The notes: generated from the sequence alone by a model not told the origin. Positions 1 through 10,673 are shown, counted from the first letter of the stretch. The stretch is 64,000 nucleotides of DNA from Candidatus Melainabacteria bacterium 17Bon1m (GCA_032128875.1 JAVLKG010000008.1:64001-128000), one strand, 5' to 3'. Numbers and translations are program-made.

Positions 1-81
1 GCATCTGTGCAACAAGTGCCGGCTGGAAGCCAGCGCTCCGGCCGCCCCCCTCCGGGCGAACGACGTTCGGAATCACCCCTA

Positions 82-155
82 TAAAAACAGGTCGCATGCA
101 ATGCGACCCCACGCTGAGAATTAAAAACAGGTCGCGTGCAACGCGACCCCACGCT
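82..155 (-). repeat. Two tandem REP-like palindromic units (40-bp period)
   Basis: Units at 82-115 and 122-155. Cores GGTCGCAT-GCA-ATGCGACC and GGTCGCGT-GCA-ACGCGACC differ by a compensatory change. On the minus strand each is headed by GTGG. Confidence 0.8.
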
Positions 156-2359
156 TAATATCGGATTTGCACGTGATGCTCTGGTCGGGTGAGCTGGTCT
201 TTCAATTGTTCGGCAGCGGCTTTAGTAACGCCGGATTCCTGCATGTCGATAAACTGCAAGTCTCTCATCTGTGACAACGGCACAGTCACGGAATTGTCGA
301 GCTTGGTGAATCGCAGCTGCAGTTGTGACAAGTTGGGCAAATACTTCGGAAAGAGCGCAAGAGTTTTCGCATCTATCGAACAGCTGTTCAAACTCAAGCT
401 CTTCAGACGTTGAATCTTACCCAAAAGCGGTATCCACGAGGCATCAACCTGAGAACCATTCAAATTCAAATACTCGAGAGAGGGCATACCGCACAAAGAC
501 TTGATACCGTCAGTAGTGACACTATTAAATCCAAACTCAAGCGCTATCACATGCTGTAGTCGTCCAATTGCAGCAATTCCAGTTGGACTCAGGCTGCAAT
601 TAGAAGCATCTACAAACTGCAAAGATGGCAATGATTCAAGATTCTTTATTCCATCACCTCGAAGGCTTTTGCAAGCTCTAAAGCCGAGGCGCTGCAACTG
701 TTTCATCGACGCAATATCTTTGAAGACATCATCAGTCACCGGCGCGCCGGAGAAAAAGAGCGATCGAAGCTGCAGCCCGGATATGGATTTTAAGCCATCG
801 TTAGTAATTTCATTGCCCTGAACGGATAGGTTCTTCAAAGAGGTAATTTCCGCAAGATATTTCATGCCTCGATCTGTAAGCCCGGTGCGGTCCAGGTGCA
901 GCTCTAGCAGTTCGTGCAATGTACGTAAGTTAGATATCCCGGCGTCGGTTATATTTGTAGAGTCCAAGGATAAAAAGTGCAGACTTTTTTGAGTGGGCAA
1001 AATCGCCAGACTCTTGTCCGTAATCTGTGAATTGGATACATCAAGGGCGCTGATACCTAAATCGGTGTTGAAATACTCACTGAAAAACTTATCGTCCATA
1101 CGCTTAGGATCGAGATAGCGCACCATCTTAGTACGCTCCAGCGTCAAGAGTTTATCGAGTCTTGCAGACTCCTCCAACTGCGCAGACGACACGCGACCCA
1201 GCATCGCTTTTCCAATCATATTTGTCAGCATGATCGAACTTCCTGCTACTCCCAGAAGGCTAAAACCGGCAGCAAGTGAAATCAGCACCAGCTGCCGCTG
1301 TTCGCGATTCCACCTCATTTGCCGGGCACCTGTCGCATCCAATTTTTCGGGGCGACCGACCAGCGCTTGCACCTTTGTGAGATCATCGAGCATCAATTTC
1401 ATCGATTGATATCGATCAGCAGGATCTTTCGCGAGAGCTTTAGCCATGAGGTCTTCCAACGGCTGTGGAAACTTCATGTCCGGTCTGACTTCAGAAAGTG
1501 TGCGCGCTGGTTTTGAAATTTGGTCGACAATAACGGAGACCATAGATGAGCCTGAGAAGGGCGGTTTGCCAGTGATCGCTTCAAATAGAACACAGCCCAG
1601 GGCGTAAATGTCGGAGCGTGCATCAAGCTCGCCGCCCTGACATTGCTCTGGGCTCATGTACTGCGGAGTGCCCAACAACTCGCCAGTTTGCGTAACCTTT
1701 GTCGAATCGCTTTCCAATATTTTGGCGATGCCGAAATCAACAATCTTCACTTCCGGAAATGCACAATCGTAATCTGAAACCATGATGTTACTCGGCTTAA
1801 GATCGCGGTGTAGGACATTTCGATCATGAGCATGTTGCAATGCATGGGCAAGTTGAATGGCGATGTTAATCGCAGCCTCCACAGACAGCGGGCCATTTCG
1901 CAATATCTCTGAAAGCGGCTTTCCATCAATGAAATCCATGACCATGTAAGGCTGGCCGTGCTCTGACACACCATAGTCATGCACAGCGATGATACATCGG
2001 TGTGACAGTCCGCTGACCGCCTCCGCTTCTTGCTGAAACCGCCGTGTTATCACGTCCGACATCAAATGGCTGTGCAGCATTTTTATAGCGACCAAGCGTT
2101 TTAATACCGGATTTTTAGCCTTGTAAATCACACCCATGCCGCCGGAGCCAATGAATTCCAGGAATTCATAATTGCCGACCAGCTTGCGTCCCTCACCGAG
2201 CGTGTCGTCGATTATTGTGCCGTCCTTCGGACAGGCAGCAACAGTGAGAGGTACATTCAATCCGCACTTTGGACAGACACGACTGGCAGGTGTTTGTACA
2301 GGAGTCTTCGGCTCATTGCCAGACTGCGTTGAGATGGTGACCGCATCTTCGTCCTGCAC
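155..2359 (-). CDS. Hanks-type Ser/Thr protein kinase with N-terminal Zn-ribbon-like motif, one TM helix and C-terminal leucine-rich repeats
   Basis: GSGGMGVIY, VAIK, HRDLKPSN, DFG, GTPQYMSPEQ; CPKC...CPKDG; hydrophobic segment LVLISLAAGFSLLGVAGSSIML; many LxxLxL repeats. Confidence 0.95.
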   Translation of the reverse strand: MQDEDAVTISTQSGNEPKTPVQTPASRVCPKCGLNVPLTVAACPKDGTIIDDTLGEGRKLVGNYEFLEFIGSGGMGVIYKAKNPVLKRLVAIKMLHSHLMSDVITRRFQQEAEAVSGLSHRCIIAVHDYGVSEHGQPYMVMDFIDGKPLSEILRNGPLSVEAAINIAIQLAHALQHAHDRNVLHRDLKPSNIMVSDYDCAFPEVKIVDFGIAKILESDSTKVTQTGELLGTPQYMSPEQCQGGELDARSDIYALGCVLFEAITGKPPFSGSSMVSVIVDQISKPARTLSEVRPDMKFPQPLEDLMAKALAKDPADRYQSMKLMLDDLTKVQALVGRPEKLDATGARQMRWNREQRQLVLISLAAGFSLLGVAGSSIMLTNMIGKAMLGRVSSAQLEESARLDKLLTLERTKMVRYLDPKRMDDKFFSEYFNTDLGISALDVSNSQITDKSLAILPTQKSLHFLSLDSTNITDAGISNLRTLHELLELHLDRTGLTDRGMKYLAEITSLKNLSVQGNEITNDGLKSISGLQLRSLFFSGAPVTDDVFKDIASMKQLQRLGFRACKSLRGDGIKNLESLPSLQFVDASNCSLSPTGIAAIGRLQHVIALEFGFNSVTTDGIKSLCGMPSLEYLNLNGSQVDASWIPLLGKIQRLKSLSLNSCSIDAKTLALFPKYLPNLSQLQLRFTKLDNSVTVPLSQMRDLQFIDMQESGVTKAAAEQLKDQLTRPEHHVQIRY

Positions 2360-2368
2360 AACCAGCCC

Positions 2369-4660
2369 TCAGAATTTTACTTCAGCGCCATGCAATGCCT
2401 TTTTTAGAGATTCCTGAGAGGGTCTGCCGACCGCGGCGCCCTGGACATCGACGGATTCCAGAGTCTTTAACTTGCGTAATTCCAGAACACCCTTTTCTGT
2501 CACCCGGGTATTGCTCAAATCGAGGTGCTTGAGAGCGGGAAGTTTTGCGGCGATGAGAGCTAATGTTGCATCGTCGATGTCGGAATTTGCCAGCACCAAT
2601 GTGTCCAAAGCCGGCAATTTGACTACTTCTTCCAACCTAGCCGGAGAAAAATTGGTAAAACTCAAGTCGAGTGTTTTCAAATTTGGCAAAGTCTCCAGTG
2701 CTGTAATCGCACCATCCTCGATTTTGCAACCGGACAAGACGAGTTTGCGCAGACTGGCTATTTGTGCGACTTCATCGAGATCTTCTACAGCGATTTCGCT
2801 GTCTTTCAGATCCAGCCATTCCAATTGTTTCGCTGCTGCCAAAGCAAGGAAATTCTTTTCCCCTTTAGGAGAATACTCTCCTATTTCTAAGTGTTGTAGC
2901 TTGGGAAACTTGCTTATTGTTGTTAGTCCCTCAGCGCTAACGCGGGTTCCGGTCAAAAACAAGTCATGCAGGTTTGCGCTCGGAATCGCAGCGATGCCTT
3001 TATCTCCGACGCTTGTGTGCTCTACGGAAAGTTTTTCGAGCGTGGTCATATTGGTGAGGTGCTTGATGCCGGCATCAGTAACAGCGGTTTTGTCGAGGTA
3101 CAAACGCTCAACTTTTGGCATTGTGGCTATGTATGTGAGATCGTTGTCTTTGATTTTCGTATTGTCCAAATGAATCGAGACTACGTTCTTTTGAAGCGAA
3201 ATGAATGGGATGCCAAAGCTGGACACGTCATTGTCGGCAAGTTCCATTTTCGTTATGCCTGTATCCACATCAAAGAATGTGCGAAGCAGCTCATCATCAG
3301 CCTTGCTCATGTTCAAATACTGAACGAGCTTTCTGCGCTCGTTCATTTTGGCAATGGGCAAATTGTTGACCGCTGCCAGCGGATTACTCAAAATCGCCCT
3401 GGTTATGTGGGTTGTCTGAGAATCATGCACAACCTTGATGAATGAAATTGAAGTGACAGCAACTGTGCCAAGGGTGGCAAGTGAGCCAAGCATCAGCAAA
3501 AAGAGATTGCGCTGCTCTTTATTCAAGCGCATGACACGCATTTTGGACCAGGCAGTCGAACTCTGTTGTGCAAGAACTTTGTGCACGTCGATTAGATCAG
3601 TTGTCAGCTCAGACATGGACTGATAGCGGTCGGCCGGGTCTTTGGCGAGCATTTTGGCAATAATGTCTTCCAGGTGCCCAGGGAATAGCATGTCAGGGCG
3701 GGTTTCTTTCAATGTGCGCGGGGCGGTATTCATCTGGTCGACAATAACCGAAACCATCGAATGCCCAGCAAACAACGCTTTTCCTGTCATGGCTTCGAAC
3801 ATCACGCAACCAAGTGAATAGATATCCGAGCGGGCATCCAGGTTGCCCCCGCGGCACTGCTCAGGGCTCATGTACTGTGGCGTTCCGATCAGTTCGCCGG
3901 TTTGAGTCATGCGAGTTTTTTCGGATTCGAGAACTTTGGCAATACCGAAGTCGACTATTTTTACTTCCGGTTCAGCTTTTTCAAGGTTGGTGACCATGAT
4001 ATTGCTGGGCTTCAAATCTCGGTGCAAAACGCCCCTGTCATGCGCGTGCTGAAGCCCTTCAGTGAGCTGAATAATAATCTTGAGCACTGCTTCTATGTTA
4101 AGCGGAGTCGCTTGCAAAACATCCGAAAGCGGCTTGCCTTCTACGAAATCCATGACCATATAGGGCTGACCATGCTCGGACACACCGTAGTCGTGAACAT
4201 GAATAATGTTGCGGTGATCGAGCGAGCTGACGGCCTCCGCTTCTTGCTGAAAGCGCTTGTTGATCGCATCCGAAACAAGATGCCCATGCAACATTTTTAT
4301 CGCTACAAGACGGTTTAAAACCGGGTGACGCGCTTTGTAAATGACGCCCATGCCGCCGGCGCCGATAAACTGGATAAACTCATATTTGCCAACCAGCTGA
4401 ATTCCAGGCTGTCCATGAACGGTAATTGGCGTGCCGTCTTTCGGACAAATGCCCACGGACATCGGCAACTCCAAACCGCAAGAATGGCAAGCGTGAGTAC
4501 CGGGTGGCGGAGTTTGTTGCCCGGCGATTGTGAAGTTTAGGGTCTTAGGATCGTCGATTTCCACTGTACTAATCCAGTACGAAGCTGGAGACTCCTGTGC
4601 CTGTTTTGTACCCAGGCATGCGGCTAATGAGACTGCCTGTGCAGGCGTAATATCAGCCAC
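2369..4660 (-). CDS. Paralogous Ser/Thr kinase (Zn-ribbon, kinase, TM, LRR)
   Basis: GAGGMGVIY, HRDLKPSN, DFG, GTPQYMSPEQ; CHSC...CPKDG; TM then LRRs; start uncertain. Confidence 0.95.
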   Translation of the reverse strand: MADITPAQAVSLAACLGTKQAQESPASYWISTVEIDDPKTLNFTIAGQQTPPPGTHACHSCGLELPMSVGICPKDGTPITVHGQPGIQLVGKYEFIQFIGAGGMGVIYKARHPVLNRLVAIKMLHGHLVSDAINKRFQQEAEAVSSLDHRNIIHVHDYGVSEHGQPYMVMDFVEGKPLSDVLQATPLNIEAVLKIIIQLTEGLQHAHDRGVLHRDLKPSNIMVTNLEKAEPEVKIVDFGIAKVLESEKTRMTQTGELIGTPQYMSPEQCRGGNLDARSDIYSLGCVMFEAMTGKALFAGHSMVSVIVDQMNTAPRTLKETRPDMLFPGHLEDIIAKMLAKDPADRYQSMSELTTDLIDVHKVLAQQSSTAWSKMRVMRLNKEQRNLFLLMLGSLATLGTVAVTSISFIKVVHDSQTTHITRAILSNPLAAVNNLPIAKMNERRKLVQYLNMSKADDELLRTFFDVDTGITKMELADNDVSSFGIPFISLQKNVVSIHLDNTKIKDNDLTYIATMPKVERLYLDKTAVTDAGIKHLTNMTTLEKLSVEHTSVGDKGIAAIPSANLHDLFLTGTRVSAEGLTTISKFPKLQHLEIGEYSPKGEKNFLALAAAKQLEWLDLKDSEIAVEDLDEVAQIASLRKLVLSGCKIEDGAITALETLPNLKTLDLSFTNFSPARLEEVVKLPALDTLVLANSDIDDATLALIAAKLPALKHLDLSNTRVTEKGVLELRKLKTLESVDVQGAAVGRPSQESLKKALHGAEVKF

Positions 4661-4725
4661 TGGCGAAGTTCAGCGGTTTTGAAAAACACTGATCAATCGA
4701 AAGGTTAAACGCCAGACGCCTTAAT

Positions 4726-6102
4726 TTACGCCTTGTTGACGCCTTGCTTGGAAAGATACTCGCGCGCTTCTGCCACCACATACAGTGAGCCCATAATGCA
4801 AATCACATCAGTTTCGGATGCGATAGAAAGAGCCTTGTCGACAGCCGTAGGCACGGATTCGGTGATGCACACATCCGGATGTTCGGGCTCGAACATACCA
4901 ATAACATCCTGAATCGCTACCGGATCAAGAGCCCTGGCATTCTGCGACTTGGTGGCTACTGCAAATTTGTTGAGCGGCTCCAGCTCGCGCCAAATGGCTG
5001 TAATGTTTTTGTCGCTATTGACGCCAACGACGAAAATACATTTTTCCACGTGAAAAAGCTGTTTTAAGGCACTTGCCAGCGCAGCGGCGGATTCGTGATT
5101 GTGAGCGCCGTCCAAGACAATAAGGGGTCCTTTGACTTTGCCTTCCTCGGTAACTTCACCTTGCATGATCTCCAGGCGACCAGGCAGTGTGGCATTCTTC
5201 AGTCCATCGATGATCTGTTTGCTGGCGACCGGCACACCTCGCTTCGCGAGCGCATCGGCAGCCGCAACCGCCGTGACGGCATTGAGCATCTGGTGCTGAC
5301 CGAGCAAGGGGAAGAAAACTTGAATCGATTCACCGGCGCGGTCGATTTGCATCGTCTGGCCGTCTTTGGTGTGGCTCACAGGCTTAAACTTGTAAGTGCG
5401 TCCGACATCTATCAACTCAGAGCGATTTTCGGCGCAGTTTCTCGCCACCGCCGATCTTGCCCCCATATCCTTTTGCGGAGCGAGAATAGTTGTTGAGCCT
5501 GGCTTGATAATTCCGGCTTTGTTGTTGGCAATTTCGGTGGGAGTGCTGCCGAGCGCTTCAGTGTGCTCTAGCGAAATTGGCGTAATGACAACGAGGTCGG
5601 TACTGTCAAAAACGTTGGTTATGTCAAAACGTCCACCCATTCCAACTTCCACGACCTGCCAGTGGGTTTTGGGCTGACGAGTGGCAGCCAGATGGAAAAA
5701 CAGCGCGGTTATCAGGCCGAAGGTGGAGAGGGGAGCAGTGTCTGCTTTCATCTCTTCTTCGATTGCCGGCAAAATCTCAGTAAGTCCCCTGGCGAATTCT
5801 TCCTCGGCAACAGGCTCGAGATTAAACTCGATGCGCTCGCAATAAGAGTGCAGGTGCGGGCTGGTGAAAAGAGCGGTATTGAAACCGGTTTCGCGAAGGA
5901 TCGAGGCGATCATAATCGACGTGCTGCCCTTGCCTTTGGACCCGGTCACGTGGATGGTATTGCGCCCTTGATGCGGGTTGCCCAAACGGTTCAACAGCGA
6001 ACGCATCGAGTTGAGGCTCATTGTTGAGCCACGCGAACCGTGCGTCCCCCTCTCCATGTCAGGAAAGGAAAGTAAGAACTCGATTGCCTCCGAATAATTC
6101 AT
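4726..6102 (-). CDS. folC: Folylpolyglutamate synthase/dihydrofolate synthase
   Basis: IHVTGSKGKGS, FTSPHL, EVGMGGRFDITN, KAGIIK, LPGRLE, LDGAHN, GSLYVVAE. Confidence 0.95.
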   Translation of the reverse strand: MNYSEAIEFLLSFPDMERGTHGSRGSTMSLNSMRSLLNRLGNPHQGRNTIHVTGSKGKGSTSIMIASILRETGFNTALFTSPHLHSYCERIEFNLEPVAEEEFARGLTEILPAIEEEMKADTAPLSTFGLITALFFHLAATRQPKTHWQVVEVGMGGRFDITNVFDSTDLVVITPISLEHTEALGSTPTEIANNKAGIIKPGSTTILAPQKDMGARSAVARNCAENRSELIDVGRTYKFKPVSHTKDGQTMQIDRAGESIQVFFPLLGQHQMLNAVTAVAAADALAKRGVPVASKQIIDGLKNATLPGRLEIMQGEVTEEGKVKGPLIVLDGAHNHESAAALASALKQLFHVEKCIFVVGVNSDKNITAIWRELEPLNKFAVATKSQNARALDPVAIQDVIGMFEPEHPDVCITESVPTAVDKALSIASETDVICIMGSLYVVAEAREYLSKQGVNKA

Positions 6103-6890
6103 GATGCCCTGGGGATGCCTTTTCTGGTGTTGTGAAGTGAAGGAGCAAACGGCAATTGTCCGTTTTCAACGCGGCGGTTTTCAGGCGAAACTGGGGCCGC
6201 CGGGCCAATCTGCATACTCAACACTATCTGAGTCTTCATTGCAAGAGACTATTAGCTCTTGGTTTTTATTACAGGTGGTCTGTTTGAGTCTTCAGCACAG
6301 CTACACATAGCCGGACCTCCTTAAGCAGAGCGGATCTCGCGCGAGTCTGACAGAGGCGAAGCAAACACTCGCGAAACATACAGCCTTGGTTGTTGGGAGA
6401 TAAGAACTTGAGCTTCGGGCCTGGAAAAGAACTCAAGATTAGCGAAGCTTGTCAAGCATTAATGATCTAGTCAAGATAGGCTAGCGTAGCTAGTGACTAC
6501 CTGCGCGAATCAAGAGCTTTCACTTCAAAGCTAGATTCTGTTTGGCTTTTAGCATCTTCAATCAAACAACAGATTAGTCAAGAATTCCTTGTCTTTCGTT
6601 CTTGATAACTAATAGAGTCGATTTATCTTACAAACCCCATTTTTTCAGAAAGGACATCTCTCTGACTTCGTAAAAGCTTCTTGCTCGCCACTCTCTAGCC
6701 AACTCACACGGGCTTTTGACTGACGAACAAGCACACCTGCCCGCTTTTCAAAGCAATCGAAATCCTGACCAACGGCAAACCACCTGGTCGGGCTGCCGCT
6801 CTTCATGCATAGGGTCTCGACCTCAACCAGACCCTTTGCCTGACGAGCGCACAACTGACTACTCGGCAGCAGCCGAGAGATTAGGAGGCA

Positions 6891-7778
6891 ATGATGCCTA
6901 ACTCTAACCGCAGACGTTCGGGCTCGCAGAAAGCGACAATCGAAGCTGTGCTTGGTGCCGGCGGCATCAAGCTCTTCTGCCTGATCGGCTTTCTGAGAGC
7001 GCTCGAGAAAAAGCGTGTCAACGTCAGCATGTACACCGGTGCATCGGCTGGTTCGCTGGCGGGTCTCTTCTACACCAACGGCTACGCGCCCAAGGAAATG
7101 CTGGATATCTTCCTCGAGGAAGACGTCCGCAACTTCGCTGTCCGCAACCCGTTAACGTTCCTCAACCCGCTCAACTACCTGTCCGGCGGCATCATCGACA
7201 TTCGGGAGTTTGTGCGTCGCCTGGTCGAAAAGTACGAGCTGAAGCCGCAGAAAAACCTGCGCATCCTCACCTACAACGTGCTGCGTCGCGAGCCGGTTCC
7301 CTTCGAAGGCACCAATTACGACGTCATCGATGTTGCGGCTGCGTCTTGCGCTGTTCCTCTCGTCATGAAGCCGGTTCTGCACTGGGGCGGTCAAGGCGAA
7401 GGGGAGAAGAGCAAGTTCGGGATCCTCATGGACGGCGGCATCCACGACATCAACCCGCACAAGTGGGCGAAGGGCAGGGCTGTCGTAGCCAATCTCGGCT
7501 TCGCAGATTCGCTGCCCGATGAGTGGCTGTCACCGCTCGACTGGTATTTCCACCTCATGGAGATGACCTGGTCGAGGGCTCTTAGCTGGTATTTCAAGAT
7601 TCCCGAAGGCGAGCACATCGTCATCGATGTCGCGCCGAAGAACGTGGCCGGCCTGACATTCGGGCTGTCCGCACGCACGTGCCGCGAGATGGAGGAGTAC
7701 TCCTACCAAGTCACGTGCCGTGCTCTGGACGATGAGATCGCCAAAGGTCTCATCCCAGTCAATCAGGGCGTTTCGTAA
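6891..7778 (+). CDS. Patatin-like phospholipase/esterase
   Basis: LGAGG, GASAG nucleophile, DGG; AGGAGG RBS. Confidence 0.85.
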   Translation: MMPNSNRRRSGSQKATIEAVLGAGGIKLFCLIGFLRALEKKRVNVSMYTGASAGSLAGLFYTNGYAPKEMLDIFLEEDVRNFAVRNPLTFLNPLNYLSGGIIDIREFVRRLVEKYELKPQKNLRILTYNVLRREPVPFEGTNYDVIDVAAASCAVPLVMKPVLHWGGQGEGEKSKFGILMDGGIHDINPHKWAKGRAVVANLGFADSLPDEWLSPLDWYFHLMEMTWSRALSWYFKIPEGEHIVIDVAPKNVAGLTFGLSARTCREMEEYSYQVTCRALDDEIAKGLIPVNQGVS

Positions 7779-7822
7779 GAAGCGCTTTCGTCTAACATCT
7801 CACTCAAAACGGAGAAATCCGC

Positions 7823-8377
7823 ATGAAAAAACTGATCGAATACCGAGCCTTCCCCTGGGTGGTGGCTCTGGTGGTCGGCGCTGTGATGGGTTTTCTGGTG
7901 GGTCCGCTGGTGACAGCCTTGACTCATCACGCAGCCCTTCCTTTCGCCTGGCAGTGCGTCCTCGGCATCATCGCCGCGGGCGTCACCGGCGGGGTGATCG
8001 AAAATGCGCTCTCTCGCCGTCCGGTCGCGGTCGACCCTGATCGCAAGCCGGGACTGGTCGACAAAGTCTTCGGAGCCGGCCGCGTTTACTACGTGGTCGA
8101 GCCCGACAAGGACGGTCGCATCCAGATCATCGTCAGCGCCAATGGCATCGGCGCCAGGGCTTTCGAAGACAAGCTCGTGCCGATGCTGAAGAAGATCGAG
8201 GGCATGGAATGGGGCAACCCAATCAAGCCCAGCCAGAGCGCGCCGGCAAAGGGGCTGGTCGCTCAACCCGCGCCGAAAGGCGACGGGATCATCGTCGGGA
8301 CCATCCTGGCCGAGGCGAGCCTGGCCAAGACAATCCCGCAAATCGAAGAGTGCCTCGGCTCGGCCGAGCCTCTTTGA
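7823..8377 (+). CDS. Hypothetical membrane protein (2 N-terminal TM helices)
   Basis: GGAG RBS, strong codon bias, hydrophobic N-terminus; partly similar in layout to 25600-26244. Confidence 0.75.
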   Translation: MKKLIEYRAFPWVVALVVGAVMGFLVGPLVTALTHHAALPFAWQCVLGIIAAGVTGGVIENALSRRPVAVDPDRKPGLVDKVFGAGRVYYVVEPDKDGRIQIIVSANGIGARAFEDKLVPMLKKIEGMEWGNPIKPSQSAPAKGLVAQPAPKGDGIIVGTILAEASLAKTIPQIEECLGSAEPL

Positions 8378-8493
8378 TGCACAACGACTATGCCTGAGCC
8401 GACGCCCGGGCCTCGTGAAGAAGCTTGCCACAAGCCAGCTTCCATCGAGGTTCGGGTCGAGGCGAAGGCGCCAGAGAGAGCGAGAAAAATCTC

Positions 8494-8517
8494 GTAGGGG
8501 CGCATCGTATGCGCCCT
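8494..8517 (+). repeat. GTAG-headed REP-like palindrome
   Basis: GTAG-GGGCGCAT-CGT-ATGCGCCC-T. Confidence 0.7.
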
Positions 8518-8544
8518 GCCTCTCTCAAACTGGAAAGGCAGCTT

Positions 8545-9096
8545 ATGAAAACACATCTAGCAAACGTTCTGGACCTTGAATTGAGCTGCTATCCCGACGG
8601 AAAGTTTCCCGACGACGAGCGGCAAGAAATCATCGAGGTCGGCTTGACCACGGTCGATCTCCACAAGATGGAGATTGTCGCCGTGCGCAGCATCCCGGTG
8701 ATACCGACGATGTCCTCCATCAGCCCGTTTTGTGCTGAGCTGACCGGATGGACGCAAGCGGCGCTCAACAAGCAAGGTGTGCCCTTCGAAGAAGCGGTTC
8801 GCCGCCTCGTCGAAAAGCACGGTTCCAAAAACCGGCTGTTGGTCACGGATTCCGCTGGTGATCGCAAGTTCTTCGATTGGCAGTGTGCAATGTTCGGCAA
8901 GGCGTCGCCTTTCGGCGACTACGAGCAGAACGTCTCGGTGCTCTTCTCCATCTACACGGAAATCTTCCAGAACGTGTCTTTGGACGACAAGCTGGAAAAA
9001 CTCGGACTCAAGTTCGAGGGACGCCGGCACCGCGCCGACAGCGACTCAATGAACATCGCCCGGCTGCTCATCGAACTGAAGCGCCGCATGCGTTGA
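8545..9096 (+). CDS. DEDDh 3'-5' exonuclease (ERI-1/KapD-like)
   Basis: VLDLELSC, EIIEVG, LTG, HRADSD; start moved to ATG 8545. Confidence 0.85.
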   Translation: MKTHLANVLDLELSCYPDGKFPDDERQEIIEVGLTTVDLHKMEIVAVRSIPVIPTMSSISPFCAELTGWTQAALNKQGVPFEEAVRRLVEKHGSKNRLLVTDSAGDRKFFDWQCAMFGKASPFGDYEQNVSVLFSIYTEIFQNVSLDDKLEKLGLKFEGRRHRADSDSMNIARLLIELKRRMR

Positions 9097-9149
9097 AAAA
9101 CGCTCTGCGACGCAGCAGCAAACGAGGTCTCTTAATGACCAGTGAAAGA

Positions 9150-9197
9150 ACAGACTGTGCGGCATAAACAACCGCACAGTCTGTCATCTTTCTTTCT
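9150..9197 (+). terminator. Probable intrinsic terminator
   Basis: 13-bp stem ACAGACTGTGCGG/CCGCACAGTCTGT followed by pyrimidine tract. Confidence 0.6.
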
Positions 9198-9913
9198 CGT
9201 CCAGCCCAACTACTGCATATCATAAGGCACCAGATACGCCACCACACAAACAGCTATTTTTTGAAGTCAAAGGTGCGGCTGTACTTCGGATTGCTTTTCG
9301 ACCCAGCCACTGTGACGAACCTTGCGTTTCTACTGCGCATCGAAAGCGGTTGTAGGCGTTTTATTAGAGCTGCCGCCAGCTCGCGAAGGGATTAACAGCC
9401 TCTCACAAACGCGCTAGCCGTTGCGGTGCTGTTTAATGCACAGACCGATTTGGTCGCCGACCCGAGAACCTCACCCAGGCTGCGCTAGTGCTTCACAGCT
9501 TCAAATTTCGACGTACTTTCCCCCCTGCGCTCATTAGCGCAATTTCATTAAAAGCTACCCCAAAAGGAGGGTGGTCAAGAACTGAGAAGTACTACCACCA
9601 CTCATGATCGAGGTGTAGATCTGCTTATTTGGTTTTACTCTGACACTGACTTTTAGTCATACGGCTATTAGAGCTACCTAAGGTTGCTAAATGTCTTACG
9701 TAAGAGTTAGGGTCAAAGCACGTTTTATAAACACTCTTTCATTCCGGAAAAACCCAACCACTCTTCGTTTCAACTTTCATCCAACACCAATTCAGCCCTG
9801 CCAGTTCAGCTCTTTTGCTGTGGCGGGGTTTTCCGTCTCTTGTTGCAGCCCTCACTTAGAGCATTTTGACGCTCAGTTTGGGACCGCAACTACCAGACCT
9901 GAATGAGAACAAC

Positions 9914-10663
9914 ATGGCGAATCTACCCCTGACAGTTCGCTGGTACATGTTCGTGAATGACATCATTCGCGTCTATGCCAGATTGATCCTCAGGCGCCTC
10001 GACAAAATAGACTTCGGAGCTCTGCTCGGTGGACCCGGTTCAGGAAAAGGCACCCTTGGCGTTCGCCTCGGACCTCTCCTGCGACTGATTCTGCTCGGCA
10101 TGGGCGACGTTCTCAGGCGCGAGGATATCCAGAAAGAGTACGGGGACAGACTAGCTGCGATGAGCAAAGGCGGCTTGTTGCCCGACTCCCTGGTTCACGA
10201 AATTCTCGAGCGAGAGCTCACCAAGCCTGCATATGCTCGTGGCGCCATCTTCGATGGAATTCCGCGAACGCTGAGGCAAGCGCTTCTTCTGGAGCGTTCG
10301 CTCGCATGGCGGGGTCTTCGTTTGAACTGGGTGGTGCTGCTCGATATCGATGAAGAAGAGCTCGTGGAGCGACTGACGCATCGACGCACCTGTCCCAACC
10401 CCAATTGCCGCCGCACCTATCACCTCATCAGCAATCGTCCGAAAGTCGAGGGAATCTGCGATGAGTGCAAAACTCCGCTGATTCAGCGCAAGGATGACGT
10501 GCGTGAGGTGATTGTGGAGCGGCTTCGCAAATACCGGGAGGAAATCACTCCTCTCTGTAGCTTCTACAAGGCGCGCGGCGTTTTGTATGAAGTAAAGCCG
10601 GCCAAAGGGAGCACTCCGGAAGAAGTGTTCAACTTGGCCAAATCTGTCCTAACGAGCAACTAG
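9914..10663 (+). CDS. adk: Adenylate kinase family protein (divergent, Cys-type LID)
   Basis: GGPGSGKGT, GDVLR, DGIPRT, RRTCPNPNC...CDEC, QRKDD; start moved to ATG 9914. Confidence 0.85.
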   Translation: MANLPLTVRWYMFVNDIIRVYARLILRRLDKIDFGALLGGPGSGKGTLGVRLGPLLRLILLGMGDVLRREDIQKEYGDRLAAMSKGGLLPDSLVHEILERELTKPAYARGAIFDGIPRTLRQALLLERSLAWRGLRLNWVVLLDIDEEELVERLTHRRTCPNPNCRRTYHLISNRPKVEGICDECKTPLIQRKDDVREVIVERLRKYREEITPLCSFYKARGVLYEVKPAKGSTPEEVFNLAKSVLTSN

Positions 10664-10673
10664 GAGAAAGACC

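Noticed and set aside
6764-6800. c-di-GMP-I riboswitch-like GGCAAACC...GGGCTGCCG
   Set aside because: Lacks the GNRA-capped P2 and the ACGCAAAGC/P3 elements; too short
6891-9096. CBASS-type system from patatin plus nuclease
   Set aside because: No CD-NTase or other cap genes
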